64,000 bases of DNA from an uncultured Nitrospirota bacterium (GTDB taxonomy: Bacteria; Nitrospirota; Nitrospiria; 2-01-FULL-66-17): NCBI GenBank assembly GCA_964570625.1, contig CAZMYW010000027.1, positions 285,510 to 349,509 on the forward strand, in the 5' to 3' direction. The notes under the pieces were generated by a model, which ran no database searches, was not told the origin of the DNA, and saw only the letters and a list, made by a program, of their open reading frames with translations. A program made the position numbers and the translations under genes. Of the stretch, positions 9,458-19,715 are shown in pieces. Numbering within the stretch: position 1 is the stretch's first letter; each line of letters begins with the position of its first letter.

Positions 9458-9901
9458 TCAGGCCGCCCTCACCTCGGACGTACAGTGCGGGCAGCGCGTC
9501 GCTTTGATCGGGATGGTAGAGATGCAGTGTGGACAGGTCTTCGTCGTCGGAACCGCTGGCGCCGACACGGGTTCGCGCTTCAGCCGATTGACCTGTTTGA
9601 CCAGCACAAAGATCACGGCGGCGACAATGACGAAGTCCACCACCGTGTTGAGGAACAGCCCGTAGTTGACTGTGGCTGCGCCGGCCGCTTTAGCCGCCTC
9701 CACCGATGGATACGCGGTGTCGGAGAGATTCAGAAATAGGTTCGAAAAATTCACGCTACCCAACGCCAACCCGATCGGCGGCATCAACACGTCGCTCACC
9801 AACGACGACACGATCTTCCCAAACGCCGCGCCGATGATGATCCCCACCGCCATGTCGAGCACATTGCCGCGCATCACGAATTCTTTGAATTCTTTTAGCA
9901 T
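9458..9901 (-). CDS. mscL: large-conductance mechanosensitive channel MscL with C-terminal CxxC..CxxC zinc-ribbon extension
   Basis: [44 protein letters not shown] is near-identical to the E. coli MscL N-terminus. The start was trimmed to this Met. The C-terminus reads [20 protein letters not shown]. Confidence 0.85.
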   Translation of the reverse strand: MLKEFKEFVMRGNVLDMAVGIIIGAAFGKIVSSLVSDVLMPPIGLALGSVNFSNLFLNLSDTAYPSVEAAKAAGAATVNYGLFLNTVVDFVIVAAVIFVLVKQVNRLKREPVSAPAVPTTKTCPHCISTIPIKATRCPHCTSEVRAA

Positions 9902-10127
9902 GGGTCCCTCCCTCATCGTTGAGTTGATTCCCAGACGAACGGTCCCCGTCTGTGCGAGCATCCCGGAGTGGCAATAGCCCAGAGCGACCCGGATTGTACG
10001 AAGAAAGGATCGACATTCCAACCCCCCATTGAAGAGCGCCGACTCCAACGTTTCGGGCGTGACCAGGGGGAGAACCGGCGATGGCGTCAGGCAGGTGTTG
10101 CGGGGTGGCGGTCGGGCCGCGGCGCGT

Positions 10128-10520
10128 TCAGAACATCCGTTCGGTGAGGATTAGGAACCAGATGACTCCTGCGTTGAGCAGGGCCACCAACACGACGGCG
10201 GAGCCCACGTCCTTCGCTTTCCCGGAAAGTTCATGGCGGTCGGGCCCGACGCGGTCCACGACCGCCTCGATTCCGGAGTTGATCAACTCGGCCATGATCA
10301 CGAGGGCGAGACTGCCGATCAGGAGAGCGCGCTCCACGCCGTTACTGCCCACCCATACTGCCAGCGGCGCAAGCACCACACACAGAACCACGTCAGCGCG
10401 AAACGCCCACTCGCTGCGCCAGGCCGCCTTCAACCCATCCAGCGAAAATCCAAGGGCTCGGATCAGCCGCCTGACCGGGCCGGTCGGTTGGGGTTTATAC
10501 CCGATCCGTGGACGCTCGAC
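10128..10520 (-). CDS. dgkA: diacylglycerol kinase
   Basis: [13 protein letters not shown] and [45 protein letters not shown] match DgkA. The start is uncertain: there is no in-frame ATG and a GTG near 10520 or 10475 is possible. The ORF track runs to 10652. Confidence 0.75.
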   Translation of the reverse strand, partial: VERPRIGYKPQPTGPVRRLIRALGFSLDGLKAAWRSEWAFRADVVLCVVLAPLAVWVGSNGVERALLIGSLALVIMAELINSGIEAVVDRVGPDRHELSGKAKDVGSAVVLVALLNAGVIWFLILTERMF

Positions 10521-10537
10521 GGGCTGTGAGGGGTTGG

Positions 10538-10969
10538 TCACCTTCGCTTGAGATCCCAGTCGTGGTACCAACTCAGATAGAACTGCAACCGGTTGGACGT
10601 CTCGGCCAATTCGGGATATCGCTCCCAATAGTAGTCCACGCCGATGTGCCACGGCGCGCGACGGAGTTCCACCCCGATTGCGGGCCCGTAGGCATTATAG
10701 AAATCCTTATTGTTTTCTCGGAACCGATAGCGCAGTTCCGCAAACGTGTTCAGGGTCAGCTCACCGGGCAGCGTAATCCAATCGATCCCTTGGTTGACGT
10801 AACCTAACACACCCGGTCCGGCGATATCAGACTTTTCGTAGGCAGCGTGGCCCCACGCGGAACCAGGCAGGGCCTCGATCGCGTACGCCCACCCGCACGT
10901 TCCAGCCCCCATCGCGACCGTGCTCACCGCGATTATCACTACTCGTTTCGTTCTTTCACGCCATGCCAC
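10538..10969 (-). CDS. hypothetical secreted Trp/Tyr-rich protein
   Basis: Signal peptide (AYA cleavage). Sits between bcsG and dgkA in the same orientation. No family was recognised. Confidence 0.45.
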   Translation of the reverse strand: MAWRERTKRVVIIAVSTVAMGAGTCGWAYAIEALPGSAWGHAAYEKSDIAGPGVLGYVNQGIDWITLPGELTLNTFAELRYRFRENNKDFYNAYGPAIGVELRRAPWHIGVDYYWERYPELAETSNRLQFYLSWYHDWDLKRR

Positions 10970-10981
10970 GTGTCTTCCTCC

Positions 10982-12541
10982 TCACCGTCTCGCGGTCTGC
11001 AGAGTTGGTTCCACACCGACCGCGTCCGGCCGCAGCTCGACCCAGTGCATCCCAAACGAACGCCCCTTAGCCAGATACTTCTCCCCGTCTTGCACCACGA
11101 TCGCCCCTTGATTCTCCGCCACGAACGCCGTCGAGGGAATCTGATCCGCTATCACGCGAAGATCCGCCTCGGTGAAATCGAACGCCGGGCGCGACGCGAG
11201 TTGGGCCACCAACGACGCGACGGCTAGATAACTGGTCGGCTGATCCACCACCTGTTGAGCGGGATGATCACCACGGAACCACCCCGGCCCGATCAACTTG
11301 ACCCCAACCGGCACGGTGGTGATGGACGGAAGAGGAACCTCTCGCAATCCAGCCGGCTGCACCCGCGATCCCCGAAGCGCCAGACCGTGTTCAGCGACCA
11401 TGACCACCGCGACACGCCGTCCGTCGGCCTCCATCAAGGAAAAGAACCGATCGAAATCTTGGAATAACGCGCGGACGAACTCGGCGTAGTGAGTCGACCG
11501 ATCGTGCGTCGGCCACTTACGGTCGTCGGCATGGCGCCCACCGTCATGCAGCGTAATCGTGTTGTAGTAGAGCATGGCGCGCGGAGAAGACTCCGCTCTC
11601 CTGAGACGCCACCAGTTGGCCAACACCGCGTAATCGTCGTACACCGGCTCCCCGGTGAAGTCGCGCGCCCGAATCGGGGCATCCCCTCGACCGATCGGCG
11701 GAGACGCGTGTCCCAACCGGGTAATCTCCTCGACCATTCCGCCGTAGGTCCCCTCATGATTCAATGTGGAATACAGTCGGTAACCGCTCGCACTCAATCG
11801 ATCGGGCAGATAACAGTCCTCCCCCGCAGGCCGATACAATGCGTCGTGAGGACTCTGGCCGCAGCCGGACCGCAACAACCGGATGGCCGACGGGTTGCTG
11901 TGCGAGGTCACGGAGTTGAATCGAGTGAACAAGACATCGAACTGATCAAAAAAGGGATCTCGATCCAGGCTCGCCGCGGCCAGATCGTCCCACGACAACG
12001 AACACACGTGTAGCAACACGACGTCGAAATCCGGACCCGGTCGACCTGAAAACGTCACCGTCTGTTCGGCTTGAGCGGCATAAAACGAGGCCAGGGCGCC
12101 ATCCACGCCCTCCGGACCTTTTCCGTAGACCCGGATGGCGACGACCGCCAACAAGACGAGCACCACCGGCGTCAGGCGAATCCGGCGACGGATCAGCACG
12201 GCCACCGCGATCATCGTCACCAGCGCCGCGACTTCCACCGTCGCCAGACTTCGCCACACCAGCTGAGCGAGAAACTCATCCGACGGTAACGGGGTGTCCC
12301 GAATAAAGGTCAAGGCGGACGGAAGGGGCGGCAACCACGAATCATGCCAGGCCAGCAGCACCCCCGACGCAACCGTGACGATCCGACGGCCCCACACCAC
12401 CGCGCGATAACGGATCCAAGATGGCGGGGTGGGCAGCAGGATCCAGGCGGCGAACCCCAGATTCGCCACCACATCGAACGGGATATGTCCCCGGAGGTGC
12501 AGGAACACTTTGGCGAGAAAGTAGTACGCCCACCCACTCAT
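10982..12541 (-). CDS. bcsG: cellulose biosynthesis protein BcsG-like (membrane phosphoethanolamine transferase, alkaline-phosphatase superfamily)
   Basis: N-terminal GWAYYFLAKVFLHLRGHIPFDVVANLGFAAWILLPTP parallels E. coli BcsG GWNFYFLVKFGLLWAGYLNFHPLLNLVFAAFLLMPLP. The C-terminal LLHVCSLSWDDL, FNSVTSHSNPSAIRLLRSGCGQ, YNTITLHDGG and VVMVAEHG motifs also match BcsG. Confidence 0.85.
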   Translation of the reverse strand: MSGWAYYFLAKVFLHLRGHIPFDVVANLGFAAWILLPTPPSWIRYRAVVWGRRIVTVASGVLLAWHDSWLPPLPSALTFIRDTPLPSDEFLAQLVWRSLATVEVAALVTMIAVAVLIRRRIRLTPVVLVLLAVVAIRVYGKGPEGVDGALASFYAAQAEQTVTFSGRPGPDFDVVLLHVCSLSWDDLAAASLDRDPFFDQFDVLFTRFNSVTSHSNPSAIRLLRSGCGQSPHDALYRPAGEDCYLPDRLSASGYRLYSTLNHEGTYGGMVEEITRLGHASPPIGRGDAPIRARDFTGEPVYDDYAVLANWWRLRRAESSPRAMLYYNTITLHDGGRHADDRKWPTHDRSTHYAEFVRALFQDFDRFFSLMEADGRRVAVVMVAEHGLALRGSRVQPAGLREVPLPSITTVPVGVKLIGPGWFRGDHPAQQVVDQPTSYLAVASLVAQLASRPAFDFTEADLRVIADQIPSTAFVAENQGAIVVQDGEKYLAKGRSFGMHWVELRPDAVGVEPTLQTARR

Positions 12542-12589
12542 GGCGTGTCGCCCCTCAGACCCGGTGCGTACGGTGCCCCACGCGCCGCC

Positions 12590-15115
12590 TCATCCCGCCG
12601 TGGTTGGTACGGCGCGCTGCTGCCTCGCCGTGTGCTGGGCGAACTCGATCCACGTGATCAAGAATCGGCTCAGCGGTTCCTCACACCGAAGCCCCACATA
12701 CAAGCCGCCGGCCCTAGACTGTTGCCACACGACGCGCCCCCTGATGGTATACACATCCATGCCGGGGATCAATCGGACCACGCACCGCTCCGCAACCGGG
12801 CCCACCGCGTTGGGGAACCGAATCAACAGTCCGGTCTCGCTCATGTCCTCGGTCAGGCCGCTGATCACGTCGTCGCGCGACACCAACTCGCAGGGAACCG
12901 CAAGGTCGAACCGTGGCGCCAGTCGGCGCACCGAACGGTCCTTCCCGAAGGATCGAACCACCGCCGTCGCCAACCACCCGAGTGAACGCCACATTCCGGT
13001 GTCAATCAGTTGAACCCGCTCCCAGGTCGACGGGGAACAGTACATGTGTCGGATGATGCTCGCTCGTTTGCCTTCGTCCAGTTCGCCGAACTCGATCCCC
13101 ACGAACGAGCTGCGGTCGGCCACACGGTCGTTGCGAACCACGGTTCCGCGAAGTTCCGTGGTCTCCCCGTCGCCCAGGATGCGCACATCCACCTGGCGGG
13201 GCAGCAATCGCGGTGGATCGAGAAACAGCCTCACCCCCGATTCGCTCACGTCGAACGTCCGTGCAAGCAGGACCGCGCCGTCCACGCCCAATTCACACGG
13301 CAGCTCCGCCGCGAGCCGGGTCGCGGTCCGACGCTGCGGACGTTCGCGCGCCACCATCGCCGCGGTGGCGCACAACACGACATTGTACAGGCTCCACACC
13401 ATACTCACCGCCAACGCGGGGTTGGACCGCCCCTCCCGAATGAGTTCCGCAACACCCAGCGCGATTCCGACCAACAACAGCGCCGTGATCACCGCGTAGG
13501 GCGCGCTGGGAATGACGTCCAACCGAGACTTGGGCGATTGAATCCCTTTGGGTGTCACCAAAAACGCCCACGACCGGCGGACGAAAATCGTGGTAAAGGT
13601 TGTGATCGCCAACGGGACCGACATGACCGTCTCGTACAGGTCGGCCCAGAACGGGTTGCGGAACCCTCGCGTGACCACACCCGTCGCCACCACCGCCCCG
13701 ACATAGTGGGCGACATAGAACGTCAGCAGCGAGAGTGTGTCGGCCACCACCACGTATGTCCCGAACAGCAGGTAGGCCAACGGAGCGACCAGGTAGATCA
13801 CTCGGGAAGGACCAAGCAGAAAGTAGTAAATCGACGCGAGATAGTCGATTCGCTGCGCCACGCTGAGTCCCGGGAGGAACAACGGATTATCCCGGGACAG
13901 GAACATTTGAATATGGCCTCGCGTCCAACGCTGTCGCTGCCGGATATAACTGGCGCAGCTTTCCGGCGCCAAACCCGCGGCCAACCGCTTATTGACGTAA
14001 ATCGATCGGTACCCCTTGGCGTGCACCAGCAGGGTCGTGTGGATATCTTCCGTGACCGAGGCGGTCACGAACCCGCCAACCTCTTCGAGCGCCCGCCGAC
14101 GAAAAATCCCGCCGCTGCCGCAGAAAAATACCGAATTGTGTCCGTCCCGACCGGGCTGCACGACCTGGAAAAATAAGTCCTGCTCGTTGATCACGTGATC
14201 TTCGAGCCGAAAATTACGTTGGAAGATATCCGGGTTGTAGAAGTGATGCGGTGTCTGCACGAGCGCGACCTTGGAGTCGTCGAAGTGGCCGACCGTTTCC
14301 ATCAAGAAGGTGCGCACCGGCACGTGATCGGTATCGAACAAGAGGACCAGTTCACCGGACGATTGCGGCAGCGTGTAGTTCAGGTTGCCGGCTTTGCCGT
14401 GCTCGCGGGTCGGACGACTCACGTAAATGCAGTTCAACTGCGCGGCCAATGCCCGGACCTCGGCCCGGCCGCCGTCGTCCAAGACATAGACGCGTTTTCG
14501 CTCGGTCCGGTACTCCATCGCCTGACAGGCCACCAGGGTTCGCCGGAGAATGTCGATCGGCTCGTTGTAAATCGTCACGAACACGTCGACCGTCGGCAAC
14601 TGCTCCCGATCAGCGGTTTTGGGCGGACGCTGGATCGGGTTGACGATTTGGAAATAAAAGAACAACACCCCGCCCAGCCCATACAGTTCAGCGGCCAACA
14701 CGGTCAGACTCAGCCCGAGACTGAGCGGATCAGCGGTATTGAGCGTGTACAAGCCGCGCCACAACAGGTAACGGGCGGTCAGGATCACGCTGAGCCCGAC
14801 CACGAACCACTGGAGTTTGCGGCTACGCGGACGCCGAGTTGCGACCACCACGATGACCGCCAGCAGGACCACCGAAATCACCCCGTCGGTGCTGCTCGCT
14901 GCTCCCGGCCACAGGCTCACAGTCTCGGGCGCAGGACCGCCCTCCGGTGAAGGGGAGGTGGCAACGGGTTCCTGGGTCCGGCCGATCCCGGAAGCGAAAC
15001 ACAGCGCCGCCAGGATCAGGGTCCCGGCTAAGAGAACCCGACCCAGGCTAGACTCCAGGGACCAACCGAACACGCCGTACGGTCGGTTATGTTGGATACT
15101 CCCCTCGCTCACCAC
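12590..15115 (-). CDS. bcsA: cellulose synthase catalytic subunit BcsA-like GT2 with two C-terminal PilZ domains
   Basis: VLDDGGR, the DTDH region, FFCGSGGIFRRRAL, TEDIHTTLLVHAKGYRS and QRQRWTRG (QxxRW) are present. Two RxxxR...D/NxSxxG PilZ modules follow (RRTATR..DVSESG; RRLAPR..DMSETG). Confidence 0.85.
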   Translation of the reverse strand: MVSEGSIQHNRPYGVFGWSLESSLGRVLLAGTLILAALCFASGIGRTQEPVATSPSPEGGPAPETVSLWPGAASSTDGVISVVLLAVIVVVATRRPRSRKLQWFVVGLSVILTARYLLWRGLYTLNTADPLSLGLSLTVLAAELYGLGGVLFFYFQIVNPIQRPPKTADREQLPTVDVFVTIYNEPIDILRRTLVACQAMEYRTERKRVYVLDDGGRAEVRALAAQLNCIYVSRPTREHGKAGNLNYTLPQSSGELVLLFDTDHVPVRTFLMETVGHFDDSKVALVQTPHHFYNPDIFQRNFRLEDHVINEQDLFFQVVQPGRDGHNSVFFCGSGGIFRRRALEEVGGFVTASVTEDIHTTLLVHAKGYRSIYVNKRLAAGLAPESCASYIRQRQRWTRGHIQMFLSRDNPLFLPGLSVAQRIDYLASIYYFLLGPSRVIYLVAPLAYLLFGTYVVVADTLSLLTFYVAHYVGAVVATGVVTRGFRNPFWADLYETVMSVPLAITTFTTIFVRRSWAFLVTPKGIQSPKSRLDVIPSAPYAVITALLLVGIALGVAELIREGRSNPALAVSMVWSLYNVVLCATAAMVARERPQRRTATRLAAELPCELGVDGAVLLARTFDVSESGVRLFLDPPRLLPRQVDVRILGDGETTELRGTVVRNDRVADRSSFVGIEFGELDEGKRASIIRHMYCSPSTWERVQLIDTGMWRSLGWLATAVVRSFGKDRSVRRLAPRFDLAVPCELVSRDDVISGLTEDMSETGLLIRFPNAVGPVAERCVVRLIPGMDVYTIRGRVVWQQSRAGGLYVGLRCEEPLSRFLITWIEFAQHTARQQRAVPTTAG

Positions 15116-15389
15116 GGTCCTCGATCGCGTGCCGTTTTACCACACCGTCAGCCGGCAAGTGAACGCCGGTCACGGCTCACGCGTTACGGGAAAGACCGAT
15201 AAAGGGCCTGCTTTCCTCCGAAGCAATTCGAATGAATAGCTAAAAACTTTCCGCGATCCTCTTTCACTGACTCGCGGCTATGAGGGTCGGGGCGCCGATA
15301 TCGCGAGTGTCCGAGGGGTTCCTCGGGCCTTGGGGGCAGGGTCGTTCAGAATTGAACAGGATCGGAAGCCGGCCGACCGGCTGCGTCCG

Positions 15390-16007
15390 TCAGACGCCTT
15401 CTCCGCGGCATGGCGGGCAGCATCTAGCTCCCCCGACCGCCGCAACCAAACGGGTTTCCATCGTCCATTCCCCGCAACGCTCACATGCAGCGGAAGCAAA
15501 GATCCGGGCTGTGGGTGGAGGAGGGACATCGATGGGAGACACGGAAAACAAATCCCGTTCAGGAAGATCGAGGACGCGATGGGAGAGACTGGTCATTTCA
15601 CGGCCAAACCGCTGCTGTTCCGAGGGAGACGCGTCGCCTCCCAACACACGGTTCATCAACGCGGTGAAGGCCACGCCTTCTCCGCGGTCGAAGGATTCCC
15701 AGAAGTGGCAGTAGACTCGAACCGCTCGACCGGTTCGACGATCCACAAACGTATACGCGGCCTTTCCGTACGGGCGATAGACGAGGTTCCCTTTGCCGAA
15801 TGTGCAGCCCGTCACGGCCTGCACCGCGTCCACGGAACAGGAATCATTTTCTACGATCGCCACCAGTTCCTCGTCGCGCGGGCGCTCGCAGGACAGTTCG
15901 CGCATCGCCGCCTTGGCGACGCGGTACCCCATGGCGATATCCAGACAGAGGTGACCGTGAAACGCCACCACCGCGTTGAACTCCGGATCGGTCGATCGGT
16001 CGCTCAC
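15390..16007 (-). CDS. FmdE/FwdE-family protein with C-terminal zinc ribbon
   Basis: AFHGHLCLDIAMGYRVAKAAMREL FmdE signature and a C-terminal CERCGEW...CCPPC ribbon. The start was reassigned to the GTG at 16005-16007. That GTG overlaps the TGA of the upstream small ORF as GTGA, and the long N-terminal part of the track ORF is low-complexity. Confidence 0.65.
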   Translation of the reverse strand: MSDRSTDPEFNAVVAFHGHLCLDIAMGYRVAKAAMRELSCERPRDEELVAIVENDSCSVDAVQAVTGCTFGKGNLVYRPYGKAAYTFVDRRTGRAVRVYCHFWESFDRGEGVAFTALMNRVLGGDASPSEQQRFGREMTSLSHRVLDLPERDLFSVSPIDVPPPPTARIFASAACERCGEWTMETRLVAAVGGARCCPPCRGEGV

Positions 16008-16366
16008 AGGCCGCTCGAACTGGCCAGCGCGCGGGTGACGCACTCGATGATCCGGAACGGCTGCGCGGCTCGGCACTGCCGACAGGAGAGTTCCGAAAAA
16101 TCGCGCTGCACATCGACCGCGCGCACGTATACGGATGCCAAGTGATCCGCCGCACACGTCGCGAGGGGTTCCGCCACTAAGACCTCCGGAGGATCGGCGG
16201 GGCCAGACTCCGTCGAATCCCAACTCGCCAGGCGAACGGCGTGCCGAATCCGGCACGCCCGACACGCGACGACCATTCCGGACTGATTCAACCGCTTGAC
16301 CGCCAGGTCATTGCGGTGCATCGCGAAACACTGTTGCAAAAACGCGGAACTGAGAAACGTCGTCAT
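16004..16366 (-). CDS. small Cys-rich hypothetical protein (two CxxC pairs)
   Basis: 120-aa ORF starting 6 nt after the sigma-54 activator stop and translationally coupled (GTGA) to the FmdE-like gene. CRACR and CRQCR motifs are present. Confidence 0.4.
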   Translation of the reverse strand: MTTFLSSAFLQQCFAMHRNDLAVKRLNQSGMVVACRACRIRHAVRLASWDSTESGPADPPEVLVAEPLATCAADHLASVYVRAVDVQRDFSELSCRQCRAAQPFRIIECVTRALASSSGL

Positions 16367-16372
16367 GGCGCC

Positions 16373-17902
16373 TTAGACCGACGACAGTCCGTACTTTCTG
16401 AGTCGATACCCCAATTGCCGGGGCGTGATCCCCAGCAACTTGGCGGCTCTAGCCTGCACGCTATGCGCCTCTTCCATCGCCTTGAGGATCTGCTGCCGTT
16501 CCAGTTCTTCCACCGTCGAGGTCAACGACGTGTCTGATTCCGGGACAACGGAAAACGAGCGCGAACGCTCCCCGACCACCCCAATGACATCTTGAAGCGT
16601 GATTTGCGGTTGCCGGCCCATGATCACCATCCGCTCCAGCGTGTTCTCCAATTCACGGACGTTGCCCGGCCATTGGTGTTCCACGAGGCGAGCCAGCGCG
16701 TCCGGCATGATGGTGGTTGGTCTCTGATGCTCCAGGCGAAGCCGCTTCAGAAAATGATCGACCAGCAACGGGATATCCTCCTTGCGTTCACGCAGCGGCG
16801 GCACCCGAATCGGAACCACCTTGAGCCGGTAGTACAGGTCCTCGCGGAACAGGCCCTCGGCCACGGCCCGTTCAAGGTCCCGATTCGTGGCGGCGATCAA
16901 ACGAACCTGGACGGTAATGGGCCGAGTCCCCCCGACCCGCTCGAACGTCCGCTCCTGCAACACACGGAGTAATTTGGATTGCATCCCCAACGGCAGTTCA
17001 CCGATCTCATCCAAAAACAGGGTGCCGCCGTCAGCCAACTCGAACCGCCCCTTGCGGAGCGCAGTGGCGCCGGTAAACGCCCCCTTCTCGTGCCCGAACA
17101 GTTCACTCTCGATGAGGTTCTCGGGCAATGCCGCGCAGTTGAGCGTGATGAACGGTCCCTCGGCCTGCGGACTGTTGTAGTGCACCGCGCGTGCGATCAG
17201 TTCCTTCCCCGTCCCGCTCTCCCCCAGCAACAACACCGTGGCGCGGCTTCCACCGACCTTCTCGATGGATTCGAACACTTCGACCATCGCCCCGCTCCGC
17301 CCCACGATCGGCGACGCACGATATTTGGCCTGTAACTGGTGTTGGAGAGACAAGTTCATCGCCTCAAGCTTGCGGCGCTCTTCATCCACCAACCGCTGCA
17401 GCTTAACGGCCTGCCCGATCAGCGACGCCACCACCGCGAGGACCCGCACATCCTCGTCGAGACTGACGGCCGGGTCAGGAGCCGGCCGATCGACGCTGAG
17501 CACCCCGAGGGTTTCGCCCTGCGCTTGAACCGGCACCGCGACCAGTGCGAGTCTGGACAGATCCGCCCGCGACTGCGTGCGGTTGAGGAACAACGGCTCT
17601 TTCCCCAAATCAGGCACGATCATGGGTTCGCCGTTCGTGAACACGGCACCCGTCACCCCCTCGGCGGTCTTGAATCGTCCGCGCGCCATTTCCTCCTCCG
17701 TGAGTCCGTACGCCGCGGTGATCACCAGGTCGTCGGTCCCCGGGTCATGCAGGGCGAGAGTGCCTCGCGTCGTGCCGAGCACCGTGCCGAGAATGCGGAG
17801 GACCTCGTGGCTCGTCTCTCGGATATCGAGTGACGTGGCGAGGCCTCGCGCCACCTCGTACAGGCACGTGAGTTCCTGGACTTTACGTTCGAGCGGGGTC
17901 AT
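16373..17902 (-). CDS. sigma-54-dependent transcriptional activator (GAF sensor + AAA+ + Fis-type HTH; NifA/FhlA-like)
   Basis: N-terminal GAF domain, Walker A GESGTGKE, the GAFTGA motif (EKGAFTGA), an arginine finger region and a C-terminal HTH ([22 protein letters not shown]). Confidence 0.9.
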   Translation of the reverse strand: MTPLERKVQELTCLYEVARGLATSLDIRETSHEVLRILGTVLGTTRGTLALHDPGTDDLVITAAYGLTEEEMARGRFKTAEGVTGAVFTNGEPMIVPDLGKEPLFLNRTQSRADLSRLALVAVPVQAQGETLGVLSVDRPAPDPAVSLDEDVRVLAVVASLIGQAVKLQRLVDEERRKLEAMNLSLQHQLQAKYRASPIVGRSGAMVEVFESIEKVGGSRATVLLLGESGTGKELIARAVHYNSPQAEGPFITLNCAALPENLIESELFGHEKGAFTGATALRKGRFELADGGTLFLDEIGELPLGMQSKLLRVLQERTFERVGGTRPITVQVRLIAATNRDLERAVAEGLFREDLYYRLKVVPIRVPPLRERKEDIPLLVDHFLKRLRLEHQRPTTIMPDALARLVEHQWPGNVRELENTLERMVIMGRQPQITLQDVIGVVGERSRSFSVVPESDTSLTSTVEELERQQILKAMEEAHSVQARAAKLLGITPRQLGYRLRKYGLSSV

Positions 17903-18016
17903 CGGAGACGTACGCGGTCGTCCTCAGGCGCGTCGGGGCGTTCATGTGGACGCCCCGACGGGTTGGATCATCGCTACGGCACCCGGGACGCACCACCGTG
18001 CGTCCGGGCCGCGTCA

Positions 18017-19426
18017 CTAAATGTCAAAGTAGAGGAAAAACTCATACGGGTGCGGACGCAACCGCATTGGATCGATTTCTTTCTCGCGCTTGTAGGTGAT
18101 CCAGGTCTGGAGCGCGTCCTTGGTGAACACGTCGTTCTTGGTCAAAAACGCGTGGTCGGCCTCAAGATTCTCCAGCGCCTCGTCCAGGCTGCCCGGCATC
18201 GTCTTGACCCTCGCCAATTCTTTGCTTTCCATCTCATAGAGGTCTTTTTCAATCGGCAGTCCCGGATCAATCTTGTTCTCGATCCCGTCGAGGCCCGCCA
18301 TCAACATCGCCGCGAACGACAGGTACGGATTACACGATGGATCGGGGAAGCGCACTTCGATCCGCTTGGCCTTGGGGCTCGGCGAGTACATCGGAATGCG
18401 GATCGAAGCTGAACGGTTGCGGCTAGAATACGCGAGGTTCACCGGCGCTTCGAATCCCGGCGTGAGCCGCTTGTACGAATTGGTCGTCGGGTTGGTCAAC
18501 GCCGCCAGCGCGCCCGCGTGTTTGAGGATCCCGCCGATGTAGTACAGGCAGAGTTGCGAGACGCCCGCGTATTCCTTACCGGCGAAGAGCGGCTTGCCCT
18601 CCTTCCAGATCGACTGGTGGGTGTGCATACCGGAGCCGTTATCGCCGAAGATTGGTTTGGGCATGAACGTCGCCGTCTTGTTGTGGCGTTTGGCGACGTT
18701 CTTGACGATGTACTTGAACATCATCATCTTGTCGCCCATGTTCACCAACGAATCGAATCGGATGTCGATCTCAGCCTGGCCCGCCGTAGCCACTTCATGG
18801 TGCTGACGTTCGACCGAGATCCCCACCTTCTGCATTTCCAGCACCATTTCGGTGCGGATATCCTCCTGGGAATCGACCGGGGAGACAGGAAAGTATCCTT
18901 CCTTATGCCGCGGTTTGTACCCGCGGTTGGCGCCCTCCGCCCCCGAATTCCAGATTCCTTCCTCCGAATCGAGGAAGTAGTAGCCGCTGTGGCTCGTCTG
19001 ATCGAAGCGGGCGGTATCCAAGATGAAGAACTCGTATTCCGGTCCGAAGAACGCGGTGTCGCCGATCTTGGTCGATTTGAGGTATTGCTCGGCCTTCTGG
19101 GCAATGAATCGCGGGTCCCGATCGTAAGATTCGCGGGTAATCGGGTCAACGATGTTACAGATCAGGCTGAGCGTCGGGGTTTTCATGAACGGGTCCATCA
19201 CCGCAGTCTTGGGATCGGGCATCACCAGCATGTCGCTGGCGTTGATCGCCTTCCACCCCCGGATCGACGACCCGTCGAACCCCAATCCATCCTTAAAAAT
19301 ACCTTCCGAAAGCTCCTCAACCGGAATCGAAAAATGCTGCCACACCCCGGGGAAGTCGACAAACTTCATATCGACCATCATCGCCTTGCTCTTCTTCGCC
19401 AGCTCCAACACTTCCTTCGCCGTCAT
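18017..19426 (-). CDS. glnA: glutamine synthetase type I
   Basis: [37 protein letters not shown], the [21 protein letters not shown] site and a KPLFAG adenylylation-loop-like region. Start set at the internal Met, which has a GGAGAGGGAG RBS. Confidence 0.95.
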   Translation of the reverse strand: MTAKEVLELAKKSKAMMVDMKFVDFPGVWQHFSIPVEELSEGIFKDGLGFDGSSIRGWKAINASDMLVMPDPKTAVMDPFMKTPTLSLICNIVDPITRESYDRDPRFIAQKAEQYLKSTKIGDTAFFGPEYEFFILDTARFDQTSHSGYYFLDSEEGIWNSGAEGANRGYKPRHKEGYFPVSPVDSQEDIRTEMVLEMQKVGISVERQHHEVATAGQAEIDIRFDSLVNMGDKMMMFKYIVKNVAKRHNKTATFMPKPIFGDNGSGMHTHQSIWKEGKPLFAGKEYAGVSQLCLYYIGGILKHAGALAALTNPTTNSYKRLTPGFEAPVNLAYSSRNRSASIRIPMYSPSPKAKRIEVRFPDPSCNPYLSFAAMLMAGLDGIENKIDPGLPIEKDLYEMESKELARVKTMPGSLDEALENLEADHAFLTKNDVFTKDALQTWITYKREKEIDPMRLRPHPYEFFLYFDI

Positions 19427-19484
19427 CTCCCTCTCCTTTCGGTCCGCACCGTGCCTTCCATTGCTCTCCGACTCCGATCCACCG

Positions 19485-19536
19485 ACAAAAATAAAAAGAC
19501 GTCCCAGGCGCACACCAGCGCCTGAAGGACGTCTTT
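19485..19536 (-). terminator. intrinsic terminator-like hairpin plus U-tract in the glnA 5' leader
   Basis: The minus-strand RNA reads AAAGACGUCCUUCAGGCGC-UGGUGU-GCGCCUGGGACGUCUUU followed by UUUUUAUUUUU. It lies about 60 nt upstream of the glnA ATG. Confidence 0.5.
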
Positions 19537-19715
19537 GTCCTCCGGGTGCCCAGCCCGTGTCAGGGCCAGCAATTGAGCCGCTTATAGCACGCGCCGAACA
19601 TGAGTGTCAAGCGACCCGCGTATCCGCTGAACGATCGTTCGCCATCGCGTCTATTGCAGGTTGACTCTGCAAGCGCCCATGCCGTAAAAAAAACTCGACT
19701 CTGGTCGGACATCGG

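Noticed and set aside
15116-15390. Sigma-54 (-24/-12) promoter for bcsA downstream of the sigma-54 activator
   Set aside because: I scanned the minus strand for GG-N10-GC with flanking TGGCAC/TTGC. The best candidates miss the invariant GC or GG.
16241-16537. 98-aa + ORF between the sigma-54 activator and the small Cys-rich ORF
   Set aside because: It is antisense to the tightly packed minus-strand genes and has no RBS.
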